The notes beneath the pieces were generated by a model. It saw only the letters and a program-made list of their open reading frames with translations. It did no database searches and was not told the DNA's origin. From assembly GCA_043819095.1 (NCBI GenBank), contig JBDRFF010000020.1:35890-99889 (forward strand): a DNA stretch of 64,000 nucleotides. Direction: 5' to 3'. Made by a program: the position numbers and the translations under genes. This DNA is from Candidatus Omnitrophota bacterium (lineage in GTDB: Bacteria > Omnitrophota > Gorgyraeia > VGKH01). Positions 7,256 through 18,319 of this stretch are shown one piece after another; the stretch's first letter is position 1; each line of letters starts with the position of its first letter.

Positions 7256-8921
7256 TGTCGTCGATATCTATTTTTTCCCCAGCCGGATGAGTTGGAAGCC
7301 CCGGCATCGTACGCATCTCTCCGCAAAGCACGTAAAGAAAACCAGCTCCCACAGAAGCCTTAATATCCCTTACGGGAAGAATAAAATCTTCAGGCCTGCC
7401 CTTTAGTTTAGGGTCATGTGAAAGTGAAAGATGAGTCTTAGCCATACAGATGGGGAACTTATTATATTTCAATTTTGTATAAAGCCTTACCTTTTCTTCT
7501 GCGCGCACTGAATAGAAAACGCTTTTTGCCCCATATATTTTCTTTGCGATTGTCTCTATCTTATCTTTAATTTTCATAGAATCAGGATAAAGATATTTAA
7601 AATGGCTCTTCTTATTAGCTGCTTTTGTAACGGCTCTGGCTAAATCTGTGCCGCCTTTTGAACCCTTTGCCCAGACTTCGCTTAGCGCAACATCATCGGC
7701 ACCGGCTTGCAAAGCTATTCTTTTTACCAGGTCTATCTCTTTTTTAGTATCTGTTGTAAATTTATTTACAGCCACAACGCAAGGAATCCCGAATTGTTTT
7801 ATATTCTCAATTTGCTTTTCTAAATTTGAGCTGCCTTCTCTTAATGCCTCAAGATTTTCCGATATAAGACCTTTACTCAAAGGCTTGCCGGCAACGACAT
7901 TAAATCTTCCGCTGTGCATCTTTAATGCCCGAATAGTACAAACCAGAACCGCTGCATCGGGTTTAATACCGCTATTTCTACACTTTATATTAAAGAATTT
8001 CTCCGCCCCGCAATCTGCGCCAAAGCCGCTTTCGGTGACAACAAAATCTGCTAATTTTACAGCTATCCTGTCTGCTAAAATAGAACTATTGCCGTGGGCG
8101 ATATTAGCAAACGGCCCTGCATGTACGAATACGGGGGTATTTTCTAACGTCTGAATAAGCGTTGGCTTTATCGCGTCCTTTAATAAAACAGCCATAGCTC
8201 CGGCGACTTTCAAGTCTTCTGCGGTAACTAACTTACCATTTTTTGTCATTGCTACAACTATACGCCCGATCCTTTTCCTTAAATCAGATAAATTCTCAGT
8301 AAGCGCCAATATAGCCATAATTTCACTGGCTACAGATATATCAAATCCTCCCTGACGAGGAATGCCGTCCTGTTTAGAGCCCAGACCAACAGTAATGTAT
8401 CTTAATGACCTGTCGCTCACATCAACTACCCTCTTCCAGAAAATCTTATGCATATCAAAATTAAATTTATGGCGATAGATTGCATTATCCAAGAAAGCTG
8501 CGCAAAGATTATGCGCCAGGCTGACCGCATGAACATCTCCTGTGAAATGGAGATTAAAATCTTCCATTGGGATTACTTGGGAATAACCGCCTCCGGCAGC
8601 TCCGCCCTTTATGCCGAATACCGGACCTAAAGAAGGCTGCCTAATACAGCTGATAGTTTTTTTGCCGATGCGATTAAGAGCCATTGACAACCCTATAGTG
8701 GTGACAGTTTTACCTTCACCAAGAGGCGTAGGTGTAATTGCGGTCACATCTATATATTTTGCATTCTTTTTATTCTTATTCTTTTTGATTAGATCCAAAG
8801 ACACCTTTGCCTTATAGTTGCCGTAAAACTCAAGATCACTATCCTTTATGCCAATCTTCTTGGCAATTTGCTTGATGGGCTTAATCTTTGCGTTTTGAGC
8901 AATTTCTAAATCTGAAAGCAT
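7230..8921 (-). CDS. fhs: Formate--tetrahydrofolate ligase
   Basis: 563 aa; canonical FTHFS N-terminus MLSDLEIAQNAKIKPI and P-loop region PTPLGEGKTVTTIGL. SD GAAGGAGG directly upstream. Confidence 0.9.
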   Translation of the reverse strand: MLSDLEIAQNAKIKPIKQIAKKIGIKDSDLEFYGNYKAKVSLDLIKKNKNKKNAKYIDVTAITPTPLGEGKTVTTIGLSMALNRIGKKTISCIRQPSLGPVFGIKGGAAGGGYSQVIPMEDFNLHFTGDVHAVSLAHNLCAAFLDNAIYRHKFNFDMHKIFWKRVVDVSDRSLRYITVGLGSKQDGIPRQGGFDISVASEIMAILALTENLSDLRKRIGRIVVAMTKNGKLVTAEDLKVAGAMAVLLKDAIKPTLIQTLENTPVFVHAGPFANIAHGNSSILADRIAVKLADFVVTESGFGADCGAEKFFNIKCRNSGIKPDAAVLVCTIRALKMHSGRFNVVAGKPLSKGLISENLEALREGSSNLEKQIENIKQFGIPCVVAVNKFTTDTKKEIDLVKRIALQAGADDVALSEVWAKGSKGGTDLARAVTKAANKKSHFKYLYPDSMKIKDKIETIAKKIYGAKSVFYSVRAEEKVRLYTKLKYNKFPICMAKTHLSLSHDPKLKGRPEDFILPVRDIKASVGAGFLYVLCGEMRTMPGLPTHPAGEKIDIDDNGQIRGLF

Positions 8922-9208
8922 TTGACCTCCTTCAATGACGACATAATTTACGGAGTTTTCAAACGACGTAAATTATTCGTCGAAATTGAACCCCCCACCA
9001 CTTTTAGTAATCAGGCGTTCTTTTATATAAAAACGTTTATCGTCTTTTCAAACCCACCATCTTTAATTCCACAGTTGTTTCTAAAAGTGGTGGGGGGTCA
9101 AATTTCCCTCGACGTTGCTCGGGACTCCTTCGAGGGATCCTGAGCGAAGTCGAAGGGCAGACAAACAATTTATGTCATTGCATTCCATAACTTGTGTCTT
9201 CATTTGAT
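8916..9208. repeat. Modular nested-palindrome intergenic repeat element, copy C (long H2 variant plus extra hairpin module, degenerate 3' end)
   Basis: Left end cctccttcaatgacg (supplies fhs SD). H1 gacgacataatttacgg/cgtaaattattcgtc. H2 17-bp perfect stem ccccccaccacttttag (8991-9007) / ctaaaagtggtgggggg (9081-9097). Extra hairpin ccctcgacg...cgtcgaggg (9106-9136). Ends ...gtgtcttcatttg next to the yraN stop. Confidence 0.7.
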
Positions 9209-9592
9209 CTAATATAGATAATGATTATCTAATAAAAACGCGTTTTTTATAATATCGACCTTATTTTCTCCGGATGAATTATGCATTACTGAAACAACAT
9301 CAAACCTTGCTGACTTCTTTAGTAATCTATTATTTTTTAAATATGATAAAGCCAATTGAGACAGCTTATGTTGTTTGCTCTTGGTGATTGACTCTTGAGG
9401 TGAGCCTTTTTCCTGCGTGGTTCTGGTTTTTACCTCCACAAAACAAATGCAATTCTTATCTTTTGCAACTATATCGATTTCTCCAAGGTTAGTTCTAAAA
9501 TTCTTTTCTAAAATCTTATAGCCATTGCTTTTTAAGAAATTGATTGCCGAATCTTCACCGGCAAGACCTAAATCTATTTTCTGTCTAGACAT
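9209..9592 (-). CDS. yraN: YraN family (UPF0102) endonuclease
   Basis: 127 aa; GEDSAINFLKSNGYKILEKNFR...GEIDIVAKD...FVEVKTR motif typical of YraN. Confidence 0.8.
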   Translation of the reverse strand: MSRQKIDLGLAGEDSAINFLKSNGYKILEKNFRTNLGEIDIVAKDKNCICFVEVKTRTTQEKGSPQESITKSKQHKLSQLALSYLKNNRLLKKSARFDVVSVMHNSSGENKVDIIKNAFLLDNHYLY

Positions 9593-10218
9593 TTTACGGG
9601 ACTAAAGCTTTTTCGATGGAATACCGACGGACCATGTCTCTTTAACGCTTTTAGATGTCTTTTTGTGCCGTAACCTTTATGTTTGGAGAAACCATACTGC
9701 GGATGAATCCTATCAAGTAAAAGCATCATTCTATCGCGGGTGAACTTCGCCACGATTGAGGCGCAGGCAATGGATAAACTTTTCGAATCCCCTTTAATTA
9801 TATTTTTAGTATAACAAGGCACATCTAGATCAAGTATATTACCGTCTACTAAAACACAAACTTGTTTTTTTAATCGATTTCTCTTGAAGCCTTTTTTCTT
9901 CTCTAAATGCAAAATCAAATCCAAGATTGCATTACGCATCGCAAGGCGCGTTGCCTCTAAGATATTTATTTGATCGATATGGTCTTCGCTGACAACGCCT
10001 AAACCGAAGATCGATTTCGTGATTATTTCGCGAAATGCCTTCTCCCGTTGCATAGCGGTGAGTTTTTTTGAATCATCGATACGATTTCTAAAACGCTTAT
10101 CTACTAATAAAACTGCCGAAGCTACCACAGGACCTGCCAGTGGACCACGACCAGCTTCGTCAACCCCGATGATGAATTTAAAACCTTTTTTCTTGGCTTT
10201 ATTTTCGTGATAAAGCAA
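9574..10218 (-). CDS. rnhB: Ribonuclease HII
   Basis: 214 aa; IIGVDEAGRGPLAGPVVASAVLL catalytic motif. Confidence 0.9.
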   Translation of the reverse strand: MLYHENKAKKKGFKFIIGVDEAGRGPLAGPVVASAVLLVDKRFRNRIDDSKKLTAMQREKAFREIITKSIFGLGVVSEDHIDQINILEATRLAMRNAILDLILHLEKKKGFKRNRLKKQVCVLVDGNILDLDVPCYTKNIIKGDSKSLSIACASIVAKFTRDRMMLLLDRIHPQYGFSKHKGYGTKRHLKALKRHGPSVFHRKSFSPVKCLDRK

Positions 10219-10563
10219 TTACTCTGCCTTTACCTTTGTGGCCTGTTTTCCGATTCTTTCTCTTAAATAATAAAGCTTATTGCGCCTAGCTTTTCCTTTT
10301 CGGGAAACCGTGATTTTTTCAATTGTCGGAGAATGTATTGGGAATGTTCTTTCAACTCCTTCGCCAAAAGATATCTTTCTTACCGTAAAGGTAGCCTTGA
10401 TGCTTTTTCCGTGCCGGCGTATAACCACGCCTTCAAAATCATGAATTCGAAATTTACCTTCGGCCTCCGGAACTTTGACCGAAACCTTTACTGTATCCCC
10501 GGCCTTAAAATCTGGGATATCTTTTTTCAGTTGCTCTGCTTCAATCTCTTCTATTCGTTTCAT
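10219..10563 (-). CDS. rplS: 50S ribosomal protein L19
   Basis: 114 aa; [13 protein letters not shown]...[17 protein letters not shown] signature. Conserved trmD-rplS neighbourhood. Confidence 0.9.
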   Translation of the reverse strand: MKRIEEIEAEQLKKDIPDFKAGDTVKVSVKVPEAEGKFRIHDFEGVVIRRHGKSIKATFTVRKISFGEGVERTFPIHSPTIEKITVSRKGKARRNKLYYLRERIGKQATKVKAE

Positions 10564-10577
10564 TTTAACCTCCGTTT

Positions 10578-12400
<1,823 letters not shown>

Positions 12401-13492
12401 TTAAAGTATTAACATTGCGTCGCCGTAACTGTAAAATCGATATTTTTTTTCGATCGCCTCTTGGTAGGCGCGCTTTATTAAATCCGTGCCGGCGAATGCG
12501 CAAACTAACATAAATAACGTCGTGCGCGGTAGATGAAAATTCGTAATAAGAACATCGACTAATTTTGGTTTATATCCTGGATAAACGAACAAATCTGTTG
12601 TGCCTTTTATGGATTTTTGGGGTGGATCGCAGACTCTAGATTCCAGGTTATCCGACTTCTTTCCGTGGCTTCTTACCTCCAACCCAAAATCTGCAATCCC
12701 TGACCCCCTTACAATTGTTTCTACAACCCTAAAGCTTGTAGTACCGACAGCAATAATTATTCTTCCGCTAGATTTGGCTTTTTGGATATCTTTTACGGTT
12801 TTAGCCGCCACCTCAAACTCTTCGCTATGCATCTTGTGCTTAGCGATGTTTTCTTCTTTTACTGGATTAAACGTTGCGTAATTGACATGGAGCGTGACTT
12901 TATTAATTTTTATTCCGGAGTTTTTTATTTTTGAAAGCGAACGCTTTGTAAAATGAAGCCCAGCTGTAGGGCTTGCTACTGATCCCTTATGTTTTGCATA
13001 AACTGTCTGATAATGTGTTTTATCAATTGCTTCTGGCTGCCTCTTCACATAAGGCGGAAGTGGAATCTGGCCTAATTTGAATAATCGAGATTGATTCTTT
13101 GTATTGAATCGAACGATTTTTTGCAGTGGGTCTTTGAGCTGCGCCGTAATTTTACCTCCATTAAAAAGTATTTTTTCATTTAATTTCAATCTCTTCAATG
13201 GCTTAATCAAGCTTTTATAAGAATATCCGTCGGATAAACGTTTCAATAAAAATATTTCAACACTGCCGCCCGACGCACGTCTACCCATAAGCCTTGCTGG
13301 GACCACCTTGCTATCGTTTAAAATCATCAGGCTTTTTTTGGGAAGATACTTTAAAATATTGAAGAATTTATCATGATAGATTTCCTTGGAAGCTCTATCG
13401 ATAACCAAAAGCCGCGCTTGGTCTCTTTTCTTTAATGGGTATTGAGCGATTAACTCTCTAGGAAGGTCGTAGTCGAATTCTCGTAACTTCAT
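12401..13492 (-). CDS. queA: S-adenosylmethionine:tRNA ribosyltransferase-isomerase
   Basis: 363 aa; MKLREFDYDLPRELIAQYP...RLLV N-terminus and VGTTS motif. Confidence 0.9.
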   Translation of the reverse strand: MKLREFDYDLPRELIAQYPLKKRDQARLLVIDRASKEIYHDKFFNILKYLPKKSLMILNDSKVVPARLMGRRASGGSVEIFLLKRLSDGYSYKSLIKPLKRLKLNEKILFNGGKITAQLKDPLQKIVRFNTKNQSRLFKLGQIPLPPYVKRQPEAIDKTHYQTVYAKHKGSVASPTAGLHFTKRSLSKIKNSGIKINKVTLHVNYATFNPVKEENIAKHKMHSEEFEVAAKTVKDIQKAKSSGRIIIAVGTTSFRVVETIVRGSGIADFGLEVRSHGKKSDNLESRVCDPPQKSIKGTTDLFVYPGYKPKLVDVLITNFHLPRTTLFMLVCAFAGTDLIKRAYQEAIEKKYRFYSYGDAMLIL

Positions 13493-14646
13493 TTTGAAAT
13501 TTCAGAACCAGGATAGTAATATTTTAATATCTCGTCGTATTTAAAACCACAATCAGACATAGATTTTGCACCCCATTGGCACAAGCCAACGCCGTGACCC
13601 CAGCCTTTACCAATAAAATCAGCGTAATATCCACGCATCTTAACTGTAAAATTAGTGCTTTTGATAATATTTGGCCCAACAATCATGCGAAATTCTTTTC
13701 CAGAAAGATAAATTTTACTGTCGCGACGGTCAATAATCTCTAATCTATCTATTCTTCCTGAATCGTTTATTTCTAGAATATTTATTTCTTTTATCAACCC
13801 AATTTTCTTGCCCGCTTTTATAAGCTTAACCTGGATATCCTTAAGTCTCAAATTTTCCTTCCATCGAATATGCGGAGATTTACTGTCAAAATCGCATTCC
13901 ACGCCTTTTAACGGCGGCAGATCAATATTCCAAAGCCGCGAGGCATCCTCAGTATGTCCAGCGCAAGTAGCATGGTAATACGTAGGAAAAATCTCTCCTT
14001 CGAAAGTCAGAAGTTCTCCTAGCGTCCGGTTTACGGCCATGTTTGTGCGGTATTTCTCAGACGTCCTTCCACCGTAGACCTGGGAATAAATATCACTGGT
14101 TAGATCATAATCTCTGGCTTCATTGACCTTTGCCTGGTAAAGCGCGTATGTCCTAGCCGCAACCGCCTGTGCCTTTATGGCCTCAAGAGGCCATTTATGC
14201 GAAACCTCATGATACAGGACTCCACGGATATAACTCTCGACATCAATATGATTCACCACCAAAAGCGTCATATCCTGCTGACGCACGATATCAACCTGGC
14301 CACGAAAACGGCGCTTATTTACAAATATGGTCGCATCTTTCTTTGGAACGATTTTTATGCCAAAAATCTTAAAATATGAATACCTCCCTATTTTTATTCC
14401 ATAATTAGTCGGTGTCACGATTGAAGTCTTCAAATTCCTATATTCAGCAAGAGGTTCATTGGTATTCAAAGAATAAATGCTAAAAGGCCCCTTTATGATA
14501 AGTCTTAAAGATAGCTTATCTTTGATTATCGCCACGCGCACGTATAAATTAGATTTAGTCGGCGAGGGCGGTTGCGAAAAGCCCAAAAGAGAAACCGCGC
14601 AGATTAGAATTATTAAAATTCTTGTTATCTTTTTTTCCATAACCAT
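13489..14646 (-). CDS. SpoIID/LytB domain protein (secreted; signal peptide)
   Basis: 385 aa; N-terminal hydrophobic leader; YHEVSHKWPLEAIKAQAVAARTYAL and CAGHTEDAS motifs of the SpoIID/LytB amidase-enhancer family. Confidence 0.7.
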   Translation of the reverse strand: MVMEKKITRILIILICAVSLLGFSQPPSPTKSNLYVRVAIIKDKLSLRLIIKGPFSIYSLNTNEPLAEYRNLKTSIVTPTNYGIKIGRYSYFKIFGIKIVPKKDATIFVNKRRFRGQVDIVRQQDMTLLVVNHIDVESYIRGVLYHEVSHKWPLEAIKAQAVAARTYALYQAKVNEARDYDLTSDIYSQVYGGRTSEKYRTNMAVNRTLGELLTFEGEIFPTYYHATCAGHTEDASRLWNIDLPPLKGVECDFDSKSPHIRWKENLRLKDIQVKLIKAGKKIGLIKEINILEINDSGRIDRLEIIDRRDSKIYLSGKEFRMIVGPNIIKSTNFTVKMRGYYADFIGKGWGHGVGLCQWGAKSMSDCGFKYDEILKYYYPGSEISK

Positions 14647-14849
14647 AAAACCATAGTCATGATAATGCTAATTAATATACATGTTGTTATGGGAAAATAA
14701 AATGAGGAATTCTTCTTCTGGATATAGATATCCCCCGGGAGTTTTCCCAACCAGGGAATTTTCCCTCCCAGAAGAAAAGTCAGTCCCAATATAACTAAAA
14801 CCACACCGACTAAAATTAATATTTTTCCCACAATATTAAGTTCGCTCAT
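14625..14849 (-). CDS. Small DUF2905-like membrane protein
   Basis: 74 aa, two hydrophobic helices, KIPWLGKLPGDIYIQKKN motif resembling DUF2905. Start codon abuts repeat element D. Confidence 0.4.
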   Translation of the reverse strand: MSELNIVGKILILVGVVLVILGLTFLLGGKIPWLGKLPGDIYIQKKNSSFYFPITTCILISIIMTMVLWLWKKR

Positions 14850-15047
14850 ATCTCTCGATTTCTAATGAGCGCACAATTTACGTCGCTATTGCTCCGTAAA
14901 TTGTTTGCGCGAATTAGACCCCACACCTTTTATCTATTCAAACTATCTTAAAAACTCCCACCAAAAAATATGAATACTAAAAAAGTGTGGGGTCAAATTC
15001 AACCATACGACTTATGTTCACTTCGTTCCATAAGTCGTGGCTTCATT
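14850..15047. repeat. Modular nested-palindrome intergenic repeat element, copy D (hybrid H1; H2 = ccccacac...gtgtgggg)
   Basis: ctaatgagcgc left end; H1 gcgcacaatttacg/cgtaaattgtttgcgc; gaattagacccc linker; ggggtcaaattcaacca linker; H3 cgacttatg..cataagtcg; right end gtggcttcatttgag. The queH stop (15018) lies inside. Confidence 0.7.
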
Positions 15048-15608
15048 TGAGAATATACATCCGCAATATTTTTGGCAATACAGGCCTGCATCTTTTGCTT
15101 TTTTATGCGCGTCGCGAAAACCGCTTCGAAAATCTTCGAATACAAACTTTATTCCTGTATCTTTTGAAATCTCTTCTCCGATTTTCTTTATTCTCTCGAT
15201 ATCCTGATACGGGCTGACCAAAAGCGTAGTCGAGAAACTCTCCATACCTTTATCTTTGGCAAATTCCGCAGTTTTCTTTAAACGGAGCTTCCAGCAGATA
15301 TGGCATCTCTGAGGCGCTTTCTCGTTATTTGCGATTACTCGAAAAAAATCTTCTGGACTGTATTTCTCTTCGCAATAAACAGAAATGCTATTCGGCTTTG
15401 AATAATCCTCAACAGCCTTCTTTCGATTTTCATATTCAAACAATGGTTGTATGTTGGGATTATAGAAAAAACCCGCCACTTCGTAGTCCTGTTTTTTTAA
15501 AATTTCATAAGGATAAATCAGACATGGCGCGCAGCAGGTATGAAGCAATAACTTCATTCTAAGTTTAAAATAAATCCTTTTGTTCTTGTTTTTTATTGGC
15601 GAGACCAA
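15018..15608 (-). CDS. queH: Epoxyqueuosine reductase QueH (DUF208)
   Basis: 196 aa; LLLHTCCAPC...CW...CGC cysteine pattern of DUF208/QueH. The last ~10 codons and stop lie inside repeat element D. Confidence 0.7.
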   Translation of the reverse strand: MVSPIKNKNKRIYFKLRMKLLLHTCCAPCLIYPYEILKKQDYEVAGFFYNPNIQPLFEYENRKKAVEDYSKPNSISVYCEEKYSPEDFFRVIANNEKAPQRCHICWKLRLKKTAEFAKDKGMESFSTTLLVSPYQDIERIKKIGEEISKDTGIKFVFEDFRSGFRDAHKKAKDAGLYCQKYCGCIFSNEATTYGTK

Positions 15609-16605
15609 AATGCTCGTAAGTTAACTTTGTAGCCTGTCTGCCTCGAGAGGTACGTTTCAAATATCCAGTTTTCAGCAAAAAAGGTTCGATGCAATCAACA
15701 ATTGTATCAACTTCTTCGTTTAGTGTTGCAGCCAGTGCCTCAACTCCTACGGGACCGCCTTCATAAACCTCAAGGATTGTCTTTAAGACTTTCCTGTCAA
15801 CCTGATCTAAACCGGCTTCATCAATTCTTAGATTCTTAAGCGCGGCGTCGACTATATCTCTTGTCACTTTTTGTTTAGGTTTTTTTACCTGAGAATAATC
15901 CCTTACTCTACGAAGCAACCTGTTGGCGATCCTAGGCGTGCCTCTGGAGCGTTTAGCGATTTCATCTGCTGCTTCATTTTCTATTGGCAAAGACAATATC
16001 TTTGCTGAATGCTTTATTATCGTACTTAATTCATCGAATGGATAAAAATCAAGATGATAAAAAATCCCAAATCTTTCCCGAAGCGGAGCGGTCAAAAGAC
16101 CGCTTCTTGTTGTTGCCCCGACTAAAGTAAAGGGTTTTAGATTAAATTTAATCGTCTTGGCGTAGGGACCCTTATCTATCACAAAATCAATCTGAAAACT
16201 TTCCATTGCCGGATAAAGGAATTCCTCAACGACCTTAGAAAGTCTATGAATCTCGTCAATGAATAAAACATCTCCCTTTTCCAGATTAGTCAAGATCCCG
16301 ATTAGGTCACCTGCGCGCTCAATGGCAGGACCGGAAGTAGCGGTAATCTTTGTCTGCATCTCATGGGCAATTATATGCGCCAGAGATGTCTTACCTAAAC
16401 CAGGGGGACCTGAGAATAAAACGTGCTCGAGAGGCTCTTTCCTTTGTTTTGTGGCCTGTAAGGCAACTTTAAGATTATCTACGACTTCCTTCTGGCCTAC
16501 AAACTCAGTAAGCTTGCTGGGACGAAGAGATATATTTAAAACTATATCTTCTTCAGTCTCTTGGTTAATTATTAGTTTTTGGCGGTCCTTCTGCATAGGG
16601 TTCAA
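15565..16605 (-). CDS. ruvB: Holliday junction branch-migration helicase RuvB
   Basis: 346 aa; Walker A GPPGLGKTSLA, DEIHRL Walker B, RuvB C-terminal winged helix. Confidence 0.9.
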   Translation of the reverse strand: MNPMQKDRQKLIINQETEEDIVLNISLRPSKLTEFVGQKEVVDNLKVALQATKQRKEPLEHVLFSGPPGLGKTSLAHIIAHEMQTKITATSGPAIERAGDLIGILTNLEKGDVLFIDEIHRLSKVVEEFLYPAMESFQIDFVIDKGPYAKTIKFNLKPFTLVGATTRSGLLTAPLRERFGIFYHLDFYPFDELSTIIKHSAKILSLPIENEAADEIAKRSRGTPRIANRLLRRVRDYSQVKKPKQKVTRDIVDAALKNLRIDEAGLDQVDRKVLKTILEVYEGGPVGVEALAATLNEEVDTIVDCIEPFLLKTGYLKRTSRGRQATKLTYEHFGLANKKQEQKDLF

Positions 16606-17329
16606 TGTTTTCCTTGTTTCTTAAGATCCTGATTTCGCCAAATAGCTGTCTTTGTATTATGGTTATTTCTTTCAATCTTATAAGTTCCAGAATAGCTAAA
16701 AATGAAGCTATGATTTCTAACTTGTTCACTGCTTTTAGGAATATTGTCTGAAGGCTTATTTCTGGTTCTTCTAATAAAATATGTAAAATGTCATGAATCT
16801 TTTGATCAACCGTAAACTCATCCCTCATTACCTCGTAGAAAATCTCTCGAGGGACTTCTTTCATTGCCTTGGAAAAGGCGCTGATTAAATCAAAAAGGTT
16901 AGCTTCAAAATAAACCTCTCCTGGCTCACGCAAGAATCTCTCTTCGGTTTTCTTGTCGGGCTCACGAGTAAAAAGATTTTTTCTTGCTATTTCTCTCTGC
17001 CTTAAATCATCGGCGGCATCTTTATATTTCTGGTATTCAAGCAGTCTGTTAATCAGTTCGGCACGCGGATCTTCAATTTCTTCTTCAGGTGACTCATCAG
17101 GCTGAGGCAACAACATCTTAGATTTTATCTGCATTAAGGTTGCCGCTACCACCAGAAATTCACCGACAATATCTAAATCTAATAACTTCATTACCTCGAT
17201 ATATTGCAAATACTGTTCAGTAATTGTTGAGATAGGAATATCGTAGATATTGACTTCGTTCTTCTTGATAAGATAAAGAAGCAAATCTAGCGGACCTTCA
17301 AAAAAATCTAATTTTATCTTGTAGCTCAT
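16565..17329 (-). CDS. scpA: Segregation and condensation protein A
   Basis: 254 aa; FEGPLDLLLYLIKKNEVNIYDIPISTITEQYL N-terminal ScpA signature. Confidence 0.8.
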   Translation of the reverse strand: MSYKIKLDFFEGPLDLLLYLIKKNEVNIYDIPISTITEQYLQYIEVMKLLDLDIVGEFLVVAATLMQIKSKMLLPQPDESPEEEIEDPRAELINRLLEYQKYKDAADDLRQREIARKNLFTREPDKKTEERFLREPGEVYFEANLFDLISAFSKAMKEVPREIFYEVMRDEFTVDQKIHDILHILLEEPEISLQTIFLKAVNKLEIIASFLAILELIRLKEITIIQRQLFGEIRILRNKENIEPYAEGPPKTNN

Positions 17330-17332
17330 TTT

Positions 17333-18313
17333 TTATTTTGCAAATAGTGCCTTTCTTGTTTCCTCTATTGTGGCACTGGCTAATTCTCTGGCCTTTTTTG
17401 CTCCATCAGCGAGAACCTTTTTTATTTTGTTTTTATCCTTCAATATCTGACTACGCTTTTTTTGAATAGGCGTTAGCACATCAAGAAGAACATCGGACAA
17501 TTTTTGTTTGCATTCGGTACAACCGACCGTTGCGCCGCTGCACCACTGGTAAACATTGGTTTTCATCTGGGGCGCGAATACTTCATAATAACTATAAACA
17601 TTACATTCATGCGGATGCCCAGAATCAGACAATTTTATTCTTTTTGGATCGGTAAACATGCTTCTAGTCTTTTGCTTAACAGCCTCGGGCGAGTCAGATA
17701 AGTTAATTGTATTATTATAACTTTTACTCATTTTTCTGCCGTCGATCCCCAATAATTTCGGCACCTTAGTCAGGATCGCTTCTGGCTCAGGAAAGATATT
17801 TTTATATAGATGATTAAACCGCCTGGCAATCTCACGGGTAAGCTCTAAATGCGGAAGCTGGTCTTTGCCTACGGGAACAGCATTAGCTTTATAGACTAAA
17901 ATATCTGCTGCCTGTAGGACCGGATAGCCCAAAAATGCATAGGTACCTAAGTCTCTATTTCCTATCTCTTTTAGTTGTTCTTTGTATGTCGGACAACGTT
18001 CAAGCCAACCTAATGGCGTGATGCATGAAAAAATCATATCTAATTCTAAATGTTCCTTTACATCGGATTGGATGAAAATAACGGATTTTTTTAGGTCGAT
18101 CCCACAGGCGATCCAGTCAACGACATTATCAAAGGTGTAATCTTGGGTTGACTTTGCGTTCTCGTATTCACTCATTAAGGCATGCCAGTCAGCAACCATA
18201 AATAGACAATTATATTCGTTTTGTAGTTTTACCCAGTTGGATAAAGCGCCGACCAAATGCCCCAAGTGCAGCTGTCCGGTGGGGCGCATACCGCTTAAGA
18301 TTCGTTTTTTCAT
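17333..18313 (-). CDS. trpS: Tryptophan--tRNA ligase
   Basis: 326 aa; class I HIGH (PTGQLHLGHLVG) and KMSKS motifs. Confidence 0.9.
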   Translation of the reverse strand: MKKRILSGMRPTGQLHLGHLVGALSNWVKLQNEYNCLFMVADWHALMSEYENAKSTQDYTFDNVVDWIACGIDLKKSVIFIQSDVKEHLELDMIFSCITPLGWLERCPTYKEQLKEIGNRDLGTYAFLGYPVLQAADILVYKANAVPVGKDQLPHLELTREIARRFNHLYKNIFPEPEAILTKVPKLLGIDGRKMSKSYNNTINLSDSPEAVKQKTRSMFTDPKRIKLSDSGHPHECNVYSYYEVFAPQMKTNVYQWCSGATVGCTECKQKLSDVLLDVLTPIQKKRSQILKDKNKIKKVLADGAKKARELASATIEETRKALFAK

Positions 18314-18319
18314 CTTGAG

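Noticed and set aside
7648-8154. Plus-strand ORFs of 60-170 aa throughout the track (e.g. 7648..8154, 10333..10746, 20890..21189, 60086..60544, 62245..62634, 63366..63836)
   Set aside because: Every one lies antisense inside a minus-strand gene with clear family signatures. Their translations are low-complexity with no recognisable motifs, so they are treated as chance antisense ORFs.
9234-9248. Perfect palindrome aaaaacgcgttttt near the yraN 3' end
   Set aside because: It lies inside yraN coding sequence just upstream of its stop, and is short and AT-rich. It is likely coincidental, with no evidence it acts as a terminator.
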